A stretch of 64,000 nt of DNA from Candidatus Limadaptatus stercoripullorum (GTDB lineage Bacteria; Bacillota; Clostridia; Christensenellales; CAG-917), in assembly GCA_018713795.1 (NCBI GenBank), contig DVOE01000010.1, forward strand, positions 4,014 to 68,013, written 5' to 3'. The position numbers and the translations under genes are program-made. Positions 1 to 7,880 of the stretch are shown here, one piece after another. A model generated the notes under the pieces. It saw only the letters and a program-made list of their open reading frames with translations. It had not been told where the DNA came from and made no database searches. Within the stretch, counting starts at the first letter, position 1; each line of letters starts with the position of its first letter.

Positions 1-1045
1 GTTCAGGCTGGCGAGGCAGTATGCGCCCTCCGTGCTCTTCATCGACGAGATAGACTCCGTCGCGAAGGAGAGGATAGGCGGGGAGGCGACGCACGCCACC
101 GAAGAGATCCTCACCACGCTGCTCACCGAGATGGACGGGTTCGTAAGCGATCCCAAACGCCCCGTGCTCGTCATCGCGGCGACCAACTACGATGTGTCCG
201 ACTCGGGCACCAAACGCGCCCTCGATCCCGCGCTGCTCAGGCGCTTCGACCGCCGCATACTCGTGGGGTTGCCCGACACCGAGGACAGGAAGGCGTTCCT
301 CGAATACTATCTCAAAAAGCACGGACTGCGCGGCATATCCGCAGACGCGGTCGCAAACATAGCCGCCCGCACGCCCGGCGAAAGCCCGGCGAAGCTCGAG
401 AGCATGGTGGAGTACGCCATCCGTAAAAAGAAGGGCGGCGAGGTCACCGACGCAGATCTTGCGGAGGCGGTGGACGCCGTGAACTACGGCGCCGAGCGCA
501 CCTGGAGCGAGAGCGCGGTCAGAAAGACCGCCGTCCACGAGGCGGGGCACGCGCTGGTGAGTTGGCTGACGGGCACGGTGCCCGAATATCTCACCGTGGT
601 CTCCCGCGGCGGTCACGGCGGCTACATGATGCCCGCCGTCAACGAGGACAAGTTCGATCACACCCGCGGCGAGCTGCTCGACAACATCTGCGTCCGAATG
701 GGCGGCAGGGCAGCCGAACAGGCGGTGTACGGCGAGGACGGAGTGACCACCGGCGCGTCTTCCGACCTCATGGGGGCGCGCAGGCTGGTCATCGCCATGG
801 CGTGCGAGTACGGCATGTTCGATCCCTCGCTCATAGGCGCCGAAGAGGGCGGCGGCAAGGCGGGCGAACTGCTCAGGGAGATCGTCGGCAAAACGCTGAC
901 CGCAGAAGCGGAGAGAGCGCTCGCGCTCATTTCCGCGAACAGGGAGACGCTGGACGCGCTCGCGGATATGCTCAGAGAGCGCAACAGTCTCACCCGCGCC
1001 GACCTCGAAGCGTTCTTCGCGGGACGGAAAAAGGCGGGGATATGA
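1..1045 (+). CDS. AAA+ ATPase fused to an M41 zinc-metallopeptidase domain (FtsH-family paralogue); 5' end lies outside the window
   Basis: Frame 2 is open from the window edge (FRLARQYAPSVLFIDEIDS = AAA Walker-B region; DPALLRRFDRR). It continues into a peptidase domain with the HEAGHALV zinc motif (nt 536-550); stop at 1043-1045. RRFDRR in place of the canonical FtsH RPGRFDR suggests a paralogue rather than the housekeeping FtsH. Confidence 0.8.
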   Translation, partial: FRLARQYAPSVLFIDEIDSVAKERIGGEATHATEEILTTLLTEMDGFVSDPKRPVLVIAATNYDVSDSGTKRALDPALLRRFDRRILVGLPDTEDRKAFLEYYLKKHGLRGISADAVANIAARTPGESPAKLESMVEYAIRKKKGGEVTDADLAEAVDAVNYGAERTWSESAVRKTAVHEAGHALVSWLTGTVPEYLTVVSRGGHGGYMMPAVNEDKFDHTRGELLDNICVRMGGRAAEQAVYGEDGVTTGASSDLMGARRLVIAMACEYGMFDPSLIGAEEGGGKAGELLREIVGKTLTAEAERALALISANRETLDALADMLRERNSLTRADLEAFFAGRKKAGI

Positions 1046-1091
1046 CGCGGGGCGCGCGGCGCACCGCTTAAGACAGAATCAGGAGGCAAAA

Positions 1092-1553
1092 ATGAGAAGG
1101 ACAAAAGCCAATCAGGCAAAGAGCGCTTTCAAGACCGTGGTGCAGACGATAGAGAAACTCGAGCTCGAACACACCGTCAATGCGGACACGCTCGAGGTGT
1201 TCTTCACCGTCCGCGACATGAGGCTCAGGATGGTGGTGGATCCCGTGCGCTGTCTCGTCAGGCTGCGCACCCCCATCACAAACCTGCCCGAGGACAAACG
1301 CCCCGGGGGCGCGATCATCGTCACCGCCATAAACTACTCCCTCATCGCGGGCAAGTTCGACTACGATGTCAGGGACGGCGAGGTGTGTTACGAGCATTCC
1401 ATATACTACCGCGACGGCATCCTCAGCATCGCCATGATCGAGTATCTCATAGACATAGTCAGCGACAGCACGGACTGCTACGACGACCATATCAGAGCGT
1501 ACGGGGACGGCACAGAGAGTATGGAAGATGTGCTCGAGTTCGTCTACTCCTGA
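1092..1553 (+). CDS. YbjN-like (type III secretion chaperone-fold) small cytoplasmic protein
   Basis: 153-aa ORF with GGAGG 6 nt upstream of the ATG. The pattern ...AIIVTAINYSLIAGKFDYDVRDGEVCYEHSIYY...SIAMIEYLIDIV resembles the YbjN family core (N..L..GKF..D...G.l.y...l). Recognised by eye only. Confidence 0.5.
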   Translation: MRRTKANQAKSAFKTVVQTIEKLELEHTVNADTLEVFFTVRDMRLRMVVDPVRCLVRLRTPITNLPEDKRPGGAIIVTAINYSLIAGKFDYDVRDGEVCYEHSIYYRDGILSIAMIEYLIDIVSDSTDCYDDHIRAYGDGTESMEDVLEFVYS

Positions 1554-1587
1554 CGGAGCGGCGGACGCCCCGGGCGGCGGTGCGAAT

Positions 1588-1604
1588 TGTAAAATGTTTG
1601 TAAA
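1588..1604 (-). promoter_or_regulatory. Candidate Pho box (PhoP/PhoB-type direct repeat) upstream of pstS
   Basis: The reverse complement of 1588-1604 reads TTTACA-AACAT-TTTACA. That is two TT(A/T/C)ACA hexamers with a 5-nt spacer (11-bp period), matching the Bacillus subtilis PhoP dimer-site consensus. It lies about 80-95 nt upstream of the pstS ATG in an AT-rich patch. Confidence 0.4.
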
Positions 1605-1684
1605 TGACACGAGCGTGACAAAATTTCATATGAGCGTTGCAAGCGGCAGGTAGCATTAGACTGCCGAAAGGCAAGGAGGCTCAT

Positions 1685-2575
1685 ATGAGAAATAAGAAGA
1701 TGAGAAGACTGCTTATCGCCATGGTTTGCGGTCTGTTGATCGCGGCGGCTGCCATAACCATGGTCGCATGCGATCCCAAAGACACCGACACCATCAATGT
1801 ATACTCCCGCGAAGAAGGGTCGGGCACGCGCAGCGCGTTCATCGAGCTGACAGGCGTCGAAGAGGACGACAAGGACCGCACTTACGACAAGGCGACCATC
1901 CTTGACGGCACCAATAAGGTGCTCACCGCCGTCGCGGGGGACAAAAGAGGCATAGGTTATGTCTCCTACGGTTCTTTGAACGATAAAGTGAAGGCGATAA
2001 GTGTTGACGGCGTGGCGCCATCCGTTGATGCGATCAAGAGCGGCGATTACAAACTCTCCCGTCCCTTCAACATCGCCTACAAGCAGGCGACCGTCAACGG
2101 GAACGCCCTCGCCGCGGACTTTTTGAACTTCCTCTTCTCCTCCGAGGCGCAGGAAGTCATCGCCGAGGAGAATTACATCACCGACGACGCGGTCGAGCAC
2201 AAGCCCTATGCGAAGTCCCAGGGCATCGAGGCTGCCGAGAGCATAACCGTAGGCGGGTCGTCCTCCGTCTCTCCGCTCATGGAGAAGCTGATAGCGACTT
2301 ATGAGACGCTCTCCGGCGTGTCCGACAAGATAGAGCTGATGACCTCCGACTCCACGAGCGGCATGAACAACGCCATAAGCGGCACTTACGACATAGGCAT
2401 GGCGTCCCGTGAGGTCAAGGACAGCGAGATCGACGCGGGTCTCACCGCGCAGGTGATCGCCATCGACGGCATAGCTGTCATCGTCAATCCCGAGAACGCG
2501 GTCTCCGCGCTCACCGGCGAACAGATCAAGAACATTTTTATCGGCGCCGTCACTTCCTGGAAAGACATAGCCTGA
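1685..2575 (+). CDS. pstS: Phosphate ABC transporter substrate-binding lipoprotein PstS (apparently circularly permuted)
   Basis: AAGGAGG RBS precedes ATG 1685. Signal peptide MRNKKMRRLLIAMVCGLLIAAAAITMVAC carries a lipobox. PstS/PBP_like_2 motifs are present (REEGSGTRSAF; GIGYVSYGSL..VKAISVDG; ITVGGSSSVSPL; IFIGAVTSWKDI). It is the first gene of a pstSCAB-phoU operon. The track ORF starts at 1637, but 1685 has the RBS. Confidence 0.85.
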   Translation: MRNKKMRRLLIAMVCGLLIAAAAITMVACDPKDTDTINVYSREEGSGTRSAFIELTGVEEDDKDRTYDKATILDGTNKVLTAVAGDKRGIGYVSYGSLNDKVKAISVDGVAPSVDAIKSGDYKLSRPFNIAYKQATVNGNALAADFLNFLFSSEAQEVIAEENYITDDAVEHKPYAKSQGIEAAESITVGGSSSVSPLMEKLIATYETLSGVSDKIELMTSDSTSGMNNAISGTYDIGMASREVKDSEIDAGLTAQVIAIDGIAVIVNPENAVSALTGEQIKNIFIGAVTSWKDIA

Positions 2576-3531
2576 TGAAAGACGCCGTAAGAACGGAAAA
2601 GTTCCGTGGGCGCAAGTCCGCGGAAGGCAGCCCCTCTTCGCCGCGCACCTCCTCGCGCGGCGGGGCGGGGCTTCGCGCGTTCGGCGAGGGGGCGATGAAG
2701 GGAGTGTTCATCGTCGCGGCGGGGCTGTTCATCGCCTGCGTGCTCGTCATATGCGCGTTCATATTCGTGCAGGCGGTGCCTGCGCTTGCCGAGATAGGGC
2801 TCGGAGAATTCCTGTTTTCCACCGACTGGTCGCCGACGGATATACCTCCGTCCTACGGTATAGGGACTATGATAGTCGGCTCGTGTTATGTCACGGCGGG
2901 CGCGCTCATAGTCGGCGTCCCGATCGGGCTGCTTATGGCAGCGTTCATGGCGAGATACTGTCCCCGCCCCGTCTACAAAGTCATGAAGCCCATGGTCAAC
3001 ATCCTTGCCGGCATACCGTCCATAGTATACGGCTACTTCGGCATGACGGTCATCGTGCCCTTTGTGCGCGACTACATGGGCGGAGCGGGCTACGGTATAT
3101 TCAGCGCGTCCCTCGTGCTTGGCATAATGATACTCCCCACGGTGATCACGGTGTCGGAGACGGCTCTCCGCGCGGTGCCGCGGAGCTACTACGAGGGCGC
3201 GGTCGCGCTCGGAGCCACTCATGAGAGGGCGGTGTTCCTGACAGAATTCCCTGCCGCCAAGTCGGGCATAACCACGGCTATCGTGCTCGGGCTGGGCAGG
3301 GTGATAGGCGAGACTATGGCGGTCGTTATGGTGGTCGGCAACAGCACCGTGCTTCCCGAGAGCATCTTCGACGGCGTGCGCACCATGACCTCACATATAG
3401 TCATCGAGCTCGGCTACGCCACGGATCTGCACCGCGGAGCGCTCATCGCCACTGCGGCGGTGCTTTTCGTGTTCATCCTCATGATAAATCTTCTGGTCGC
3501 CGCAATACGCTCCAAAGGAGGCGGCAAATGA
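2575..3531 (+). CDS. pstC: Phosphate ABC transporter permease PstC
   Basis: TGATG overlap with the pstS stop. Multi-pass membrane protein with the ABC permease EAA-like region (SETALRAVPRSYYEGAVALGATHERAV). Operon position fits. The true start could instead be the internal ATG at 2695. Confidence 0.88.
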   Translation: MKDAVRTEKFRGRKSAEGSPSSPRTSSRGGAGLRAFGEGAMKGVFIVAAGLFIACVLVICAFIFVQAVPALAEIGLGEFLFSTDWSPTDIPPSYGIGTMIVGSCYVTAGALIVGVPIGLLMAAFMARYCPRPVYKVMKPMVNILAGIPSIVYGYFGMTVIVPFVRDYMGGAGYGIFSASLVLGIMILPTVITVSETALRAVPRSYYEGAVALGATHERAVFLTEFPAAKSGITTAIVLGLGRVIGETMAVVMVVGNSTVLPESIFDGVRTMTSHIVIELGYATDLHRGALIATAAVLFVFILMINLLVAAIRSKGGGK

Positions 3532-4424
3532 AAGCGGCGGCGGATCTCAGAGGCAGACCTTTCGTCAATCGGAGAGGACTCAAACAGCGCCTGAAAGAGT
3601 ATTCCAAGCACCCGATCTCCCTCGCCGTCATGCTGCTTGTCATCCTCTCCGCGCTCGCTACCGCGGCGCTCGTCGTGTGGATAGTGGTGTATGTGCTCAT
3701 GCAGGGTCTGCCAAATCTCACGCCCGAGCTGTTCGAATGGGAGTACACGGTGGACAACCGTTCGCTGACGCCGGCGCTCATAAACACGCTCATCATAGCG
3801 GGACTGTCCCTCGTTATCGCCGTGCCCGTAGGAGTGGCGGCGGCGATATTCATGACCGAGTACACTTCCTCGCGCAATAAATTCGTGGCGGTGGTCAGGA
3901 TGGCGGCGGAGACGCTGTCGGGCATACCTTCCATAGTCTACGGCATTTTCGGTATGTTGCTCTTCGTCGAGGTGGTGTTCAAGCGCTACAGCATGATAGC
4001 GGGCATACTCACCATGGCGATAATGGTGCTCCCTCTCGTCATGCGCACCACCGAGGAGGCTTTGAAAGCCGTGCCCGTGTCGTTTCGCGAGGGATCCTTC
4101 GCACTGGGCGCGGGCAAGCTGCGCACCGTGTTCGGCATAGTGCTCCCCGCCGCGCTTCCGGGCATCATCTCCGGCGTCATTCTGGCGTTCGGCAGAGTGG
4201 TGGGGGAGACAGCCGCACTCATATACACGGCGGGCACGGTCGCCCGTGTCCCCGACTCGTTGCTCGGAAGCGGAGAGACTTTGTCCGTGCATATGTATCT
4301 GCTGTCCTCGGAGGGATTGTATGTTGACCAATCTTGGGCTACGGCAGTCATACTTATCCTGCTCGTGCTGCTCATCAACGGAGCGGCGGAGCTCGTGTCC
4401 GATAAATTTAAAAAGGAGTACTGA
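3528..4424 (+). CDS. pstA: Phosphate ABC transporter permease PstA
   Basis: ATGA overlap with pstC. Motif [29 protein letters not shown] is typical of PstA. Operon position fits. Confidence 0.9.
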   Translation: MKAAADLRGRPFVNRRGLKQRLKEYSKHPISLAVMLLVILSALATAALVVWIVVYVLMQGLPNLTPELFEWEYTVDNRSLTPALINTLIIAGLSLVIAVPVGVAAAIFMTEYTSSRNKFVAVVRMAAETLSGIPSIVYGIFGMLLFVEVVFKRYSMIAGILTMAIMVLPLVMRTTEEALKAVPVSFREGSFALGAGKLRTVFGIVLPAALPGIISGVILAFGRVVGETAALIYTAGTVARVPDSLLGSGETLSVHMYLLSSEGLYVDQSWATAVILILLVLLINGAAELVSDKFKKEY

Positions 4425-5455
4425 TGAACATCGGGTCGCTGTTTGAAAAACTTTTGAAACGCCGGAAGGACGGCGAGACGGATGAGAGACCCGCCGCCGA
4501 AGAAACTCCCGTCGCAGGCGAGAGATCTGCCGCAGGACAGAACTCATCCCCGGTGACGGATGCTCCTGCGCCGGAAGGGGAGCGCCTCGCGGGCGAGGAC
4601 GCCGCGGCGTCCGGGGAGGAAGAGACCGCAAGCGCAGAAGATGGCGCCGCTTCGGGAGAAGGAAGGATCGCGGCGGGCGGAGAGAGCGATGGCGCGGCGG
4701 AGGGAAAGCCCAAGTTCACCGTGCGTTCGCTCGATCTTTTTTACGGTAACTTTCAAGCGCTCAAGTGCATCGACATGGACATCCCCGAAAGGAAGATAAC
4801 CGCGCTCATAGGTCCGTCCGGCTGCGGCAAATCCACCTTTCTCAAGACGCTTAACCGAATGAATGATCTTGTCCCGGGCTGCCGCATATCGGGCAGTGTG
4901 TTGCTCGGCGATGAGGATATCTACAAGACCGCCGATGTCAATCTGCTCAGGAAGAGGGTGGGCATGGTGTTTCAGAAGCCCAATCCTTTTCCGTCCAGTG
5001 TCTACGACAACATCGCCTACGGCCCCAAAACGCACGGAATACGCAAGAAGGCGGAACTGGACGAGATCGTCGAGAGTTCGCTTCGGGCCGCCGCGATATG
5101 GGACGAGGTCAAGGATCGCCTCAAAAAGAGCGCGCTCGGACTCAGCGGCGGGCAGCAGCAGAGGTTGTGTATAGCGCGCGCGCTCGCCGTCAAACCCGAA
5201 GTGCTGCTCATGGACGAACCGACCTCCGCGCTCGATCCTATCTCCACAGCCAAGATAGAGGAACTCACCGAGGAACTGAAACGGGAATATACCATAGTCA
5301 TAGTCACCCATAATATGCAACAGGCGGCGAGGATCTCGGACAGGACGGCGTTCTTTTTGCTCGGCGAGCTCATCGAATACGGCGAGACCGAGAGGCTGTT
5401 CGAGCGCCCTGCGGACAAACGCACGGAAGATTATATCACGGGGAGGTTCGGCTGA
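4424..5455 (+). CDS. pstB: Phosphate import ATP-binding protein PstB with an approximately 95-aa acidic low-complexity N-terminal extension
   Basis: TGATG overlap with pstA. Walker [10 protein letters not shown], signature LSGGQQQRL, Walker [12 protein letters not shown], and the PstB-typical [17 protein letters not shown] entry. No in-frame ATG lies near the canonical start. Confidence 0.9.
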   Translation: MNIGSLFEKLLKRRKDGETDERPAAEETPVAGERSAAGQNSSPVTDAPAPEGERLAGEDAAASGEEETASAEDGAASGEGRIAAGGESDGAAEGKPKFTVRSLDLFYGNFQALKCIDMDIPERKITALIGPSGCGKSTFLKTLNRMNDLVPGCRISGSVLLGDEDIYKTADVNLLRKRVGMVFQKPNPFPSSVYDNIAYGPKTHGIRKKAELDEIVESSLRAAAIWDEVKDRLKKSALGLSGGQQQRLCIARALAVKPEVLLMDEPTSALDPISTAKIEELTEELKREYTIVIVTHNMQQAARISDRTAFFLLGELIEYGETERLFERPADKRTEDYITGRFG

Positions 5456-6090
5456 TGACGAGAAAGCAGTACGATGAGGAGCTCGCGCGCGTCCGCGGGC
5501 TCATAATGAAAATGTGCGTTGCGGCAAAGGAGGGCATAGTCGCCGCCGCGAAAGCGTTCGCCGCCGCGGACGAAGAGGCCGCAGCCATCGCCTCCGCCCG
5601 CGAGGCGGAGGCCGACGAACTCGAAAATGCCGCCGAGAGGCTGTGCATGGCGATAGTCGTACGCCGCCAGCCTGTCGCGCACGATCTCGCCGTCGTGACT
5701 GCTGCCGCCCGCATGATCGGCGAGCTCGAGCGCATAGCCGATCAGGCGTCCGAGATAGCGGGGACGGCCCTAAGGCTCGGCGGCGCGCAAGCGCCCGAAT
5801 GCATGGACGCCATGTTTGCCGCCGCCATAAAGATGGCAGAGAAATGCATGGCGGCGGCGGAGTCGCACGAGCCCTCCGCGGCGCGCGATGTAATAAGATA
5901 TGACGATGTCATGGACGGGCTGTTCGCAGAGGCGCGCACGCGAATCGCGGAGACGGTGCGCGGTGGGAAGAGGGACGGAGAGAGCGCACTCGACCTCATG
6001 ATGACAGCCAAATATCTCGAGCGCATAGGCGACCATTATGTCAACACAGCCGAGTGGATGCTTTTTGCGCTCGGGCAGCCCATTCGCTGA
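5455..6090 (+). CDS. phoU: Phosphate signalling complex protein PhoU
   Basis: TGATG overlap with pstB. Two PhoU repeats with conserved E..ERIAD / LERIGDH motifs. Terminal gene of the pst operon. Confidence 0.9.
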   Translation: MTRKQYDEELARVRGLIMKMCVAAKEGIVAAAKAFAAADEEAAAIASAREAEADELENAAERLCMAIVVRRQPVAHDLAVVTAAARMIGELERIADQASEIAGTALRLGGAQAPECMDAMFAAAIKMAEKCMAAAESHEPSAARDVIRYDDVMDGLFAEARTRIAETVRGGKRDGESALDLMMTAKYLERIGDHYVNTAEWMLFALGQPIR

Positions 6091-6112
6091 TAAAACTGTT
6101 TATCACATCAAA

Positions 6113-6147
6113 GCGCGCGTTAAACATCGGGTTTACGCGCGTTTTTG
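6113..6147 (+). terminator. Rho-independent terminator of the pst-phoU operon
   Basis: GCGCGCGTTAAAC / GTTTACGCGCG stem (one bulged T) followed by TTTTT, 23 nt after the phoU stop. Confidence 0.6.
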
Positions 6148-6219
6148 CGTTTAAGCGACAGCTGTCCGTTTTCTTTCCCGCCGCTTGATACCCGCGCCCC
6201 GCGGGTTTATAATAAAAAA

Positions 6220-6900
6220 GTGGAGATCAGGATAGACTACACCGTCGAATACCGCGACAGGCGCTCGGCGTGCGTGACCGTGCGCCCGGACGGTTCGGTG
6301 CGCGTGCTCGCGGGCAGGATGTTCTCTCTCGCCTTCCTCGACGAGTTCGTCGCGAAGAAGGCGGTTTGGATAATCGAGCGTCAGACCTTCTACGCGCGCA
6401 TGAGCGACTTCGCTCCCGAGGTATATCTCCTCGGCAGGCGCTACGAGGTCGTGTGCGTGCACGGAGAGGGCAGGCGCGGGGTGGAGCGCGACGACGCGGG
6501 CGGAAGGCTCGTCGTCCGTGCGCCCGAAGGGGCGGAGGAGAGGACTCTCCGCCGCTGGTTCGCCGCCGAGGCGGAGCGGGAGCTCCCGCGCATATTCCGC
6601 GAGGAAGAGGAGCGCGTGCTGCCTTTGGTAAGAGCGAAGGCGCCCTCCGTCGGCGTGGTGGGCGTGCGCTCCTTTTACGGGAGGTGTCACACCGCGACGG
6701 GAAACATAGACCTTGCGCGGATGCTCATCCACGCTCCCGAGGAATGCGTGCGCGCCATATGCTGTCACGAGCTGGCGCATCTCGTTTACAAGTCGCACGG
6801 CGCGCGGTTCAAAGCCCTTCTCGGCAGGATATGCCCGCAGGCGGATGAGGCGACGGCGCTCCTCGAATGCCGCGGCTGCGCTCCGTGGGAAGGGCGGTGA
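6220..6900 (+). CDS. DUF45 / YgjP-like (M48-related, HExxH) metal-dependent hydrolase
   Basis: Motif CCHELAHLVYKSHGARFKALL matches the YgjP/DUF45 HExxH...H...F signature. The track start at 6145 overlaps the phoU terminator, so I prefer the in-frame GTG at 6220. The start remains uncertain and no strong RBS is visible. Confidence 0.65.
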   Translation: MEIRIDYTVEYRDRRSACVTVRPDGSVRVLAGRMFSLAFLDEFVAKKAVWIIERQTFYARMSDFAPEVYLLGRRYEVVCVHGEGRRGVERDDAGGRLVVRAPEGAEERTLRRWFAAEAERELPRIFREEEERVLPLVRAKAPSVGVVGVRSFYGRCHTATGNIDLARMLIHAPEECVRAICCHELAHLVYKSHGARFKALLGRICPQADEATALLECRGCAPWEGR

Positions 6901-7000
6901 AATAATTCGCCCGAAAGGTGTAACCTTTTGGGGCGTAGAGCGTTTTATTGGTGTAATGCCGGGTGGCATGACATAGAAAGAGATCACACGGGAGGGCAAA

Positions 7001-7861
7001 ATGGACCTGAAGGAAAGATTCAAGGCATATCTCGAGCAGCAGTTCCGCGCCATAGCGCCGACGGCTGCGGCGAAGGATCTGCGCATCCGCACGCTCAAAG
7101 AGCTCATGGACGCGGCGCAGGACAAGCGCATCAAGGGGCTTGAGGACGAAGAACTCATCTACAGGCTGTGCATAGAGGAGCTCGGCGACTTCGAGGCGAA
7201 GCTCAAAGAGTTCGAGAGCGCCAAGCGCGAAGTGGAAAACAAGAAGCGCAAGACCGTGCTCGGCGTCGCCTGCGGCGTGGGTGCGGCGATCACGCTGGTC
7301 ATCGTCTACCTCATCATCGGGCTCACCGTCAAGCCCGGCGGCTGGCATCCCGGCTGGCTGCTGCTGCTCGGCGGCGCGTTCGCGGGCGTCATCACCGTGA
7401 GCTGCCTGCTCGCCGTCAAGTTCGCAAAAGCGAAGAAGTTCCTGCTCATGAGGGTGTTCCCGCCCGTCGTGATAGTTTTGGTCAGCGTGTTCCTGTTCCT
7501 GCTGCTAAATCTCGTGTGCCATGTCGAGAAGGCGTGGCTCATCTTCCTTGCGATGGTCATCGCGATATTCGTCTTCGACACCGTGCTCGCCTACGCGACC
7601 TTCTTCAAGTTCCGTCACATCGAGCTCTGCGTCGCGGTGGAAGTGAGCTTCGTCATGCTGTATGTCATCCTGGGGCTGACGCTGAAAAACTTCTGGGGCA
7701 TGGGCTGGCTGCTCTGCCTGGCGGGCGTGGTGTGCGCTATAGTCATGCTCATCGTGTTCCTCGCCAAGCGCAACAAGGAAAAGGACAAGATAGAGAAGGA
7801 AAAACTCCGCAAGAAGTACGACGAGGAAGACGAGGCGTACTACACCATGTGGGACGACTGA
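7001..7861 (+). CDS. Multi-pass membrane protein with a DUF1700/HAAS-like N-terminal helical domain
   Basis: GGGAGGG RBS. The N-terminal roughly 85 aa are soluble and helical (…GLEDEELIYRLCIEELGDFEAKLKE resembles the DUF1700 G.SEEEII..LG.P motif). About 6 hydrophobic helices follow, then a Lys/Glu-rich tail. Confidence 0.5.
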   Translation: MDLKERFKAYLEQQFRAIAPTAAAKDLRIRTLKELMDAAQDKRIKGLEDEELIYRLCIEELGDFEAKLKEFESAKREVENKKRKTVLGVACGVGAAITLVIVYLIIGLTVKPGGWHPGWLLLLGGAFAGVITVSCLLAVKFAKAKKFLLMRVFPPVVIVLVSVFLFLLLNLVCHVEKAWLIFLAMVIAIFVFDTVLAYATFFKFRHIELCVAVEVSFVMLYVILGLTLKNFWGMGWLLCLAGVVCAIVMLIVFLAKRNKEKDKIEKEKLRKKYDEEDEAYYTMWDD

Positions 7862-7880
7862 GTCCCCCGAAGGGAGAGTT

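Noticed and set aside
6145-6219. ATG 6145 as the start of the DUF45-like gene
   Set aside because: It lies inside the U-tract of the phoU terminator. The first 25 codons (MRLSDSCPFSFPPLDTRAPRVYNKK) look non-coding, and the conserved family sequence begins near the GTG at 6220.
3414-7158. Minus-strand ORFs 3414-4631, 4544-5320 and 6151-7158, and assorted Arg-rich plus-strand alternative-frame ORFs
   Set aside because: They overlap well-supported pst/phoU/DUF45 genes. Their Arg/Pro/Gly-rich composition is typical of wrong-frame translation of GC-rich DNA.
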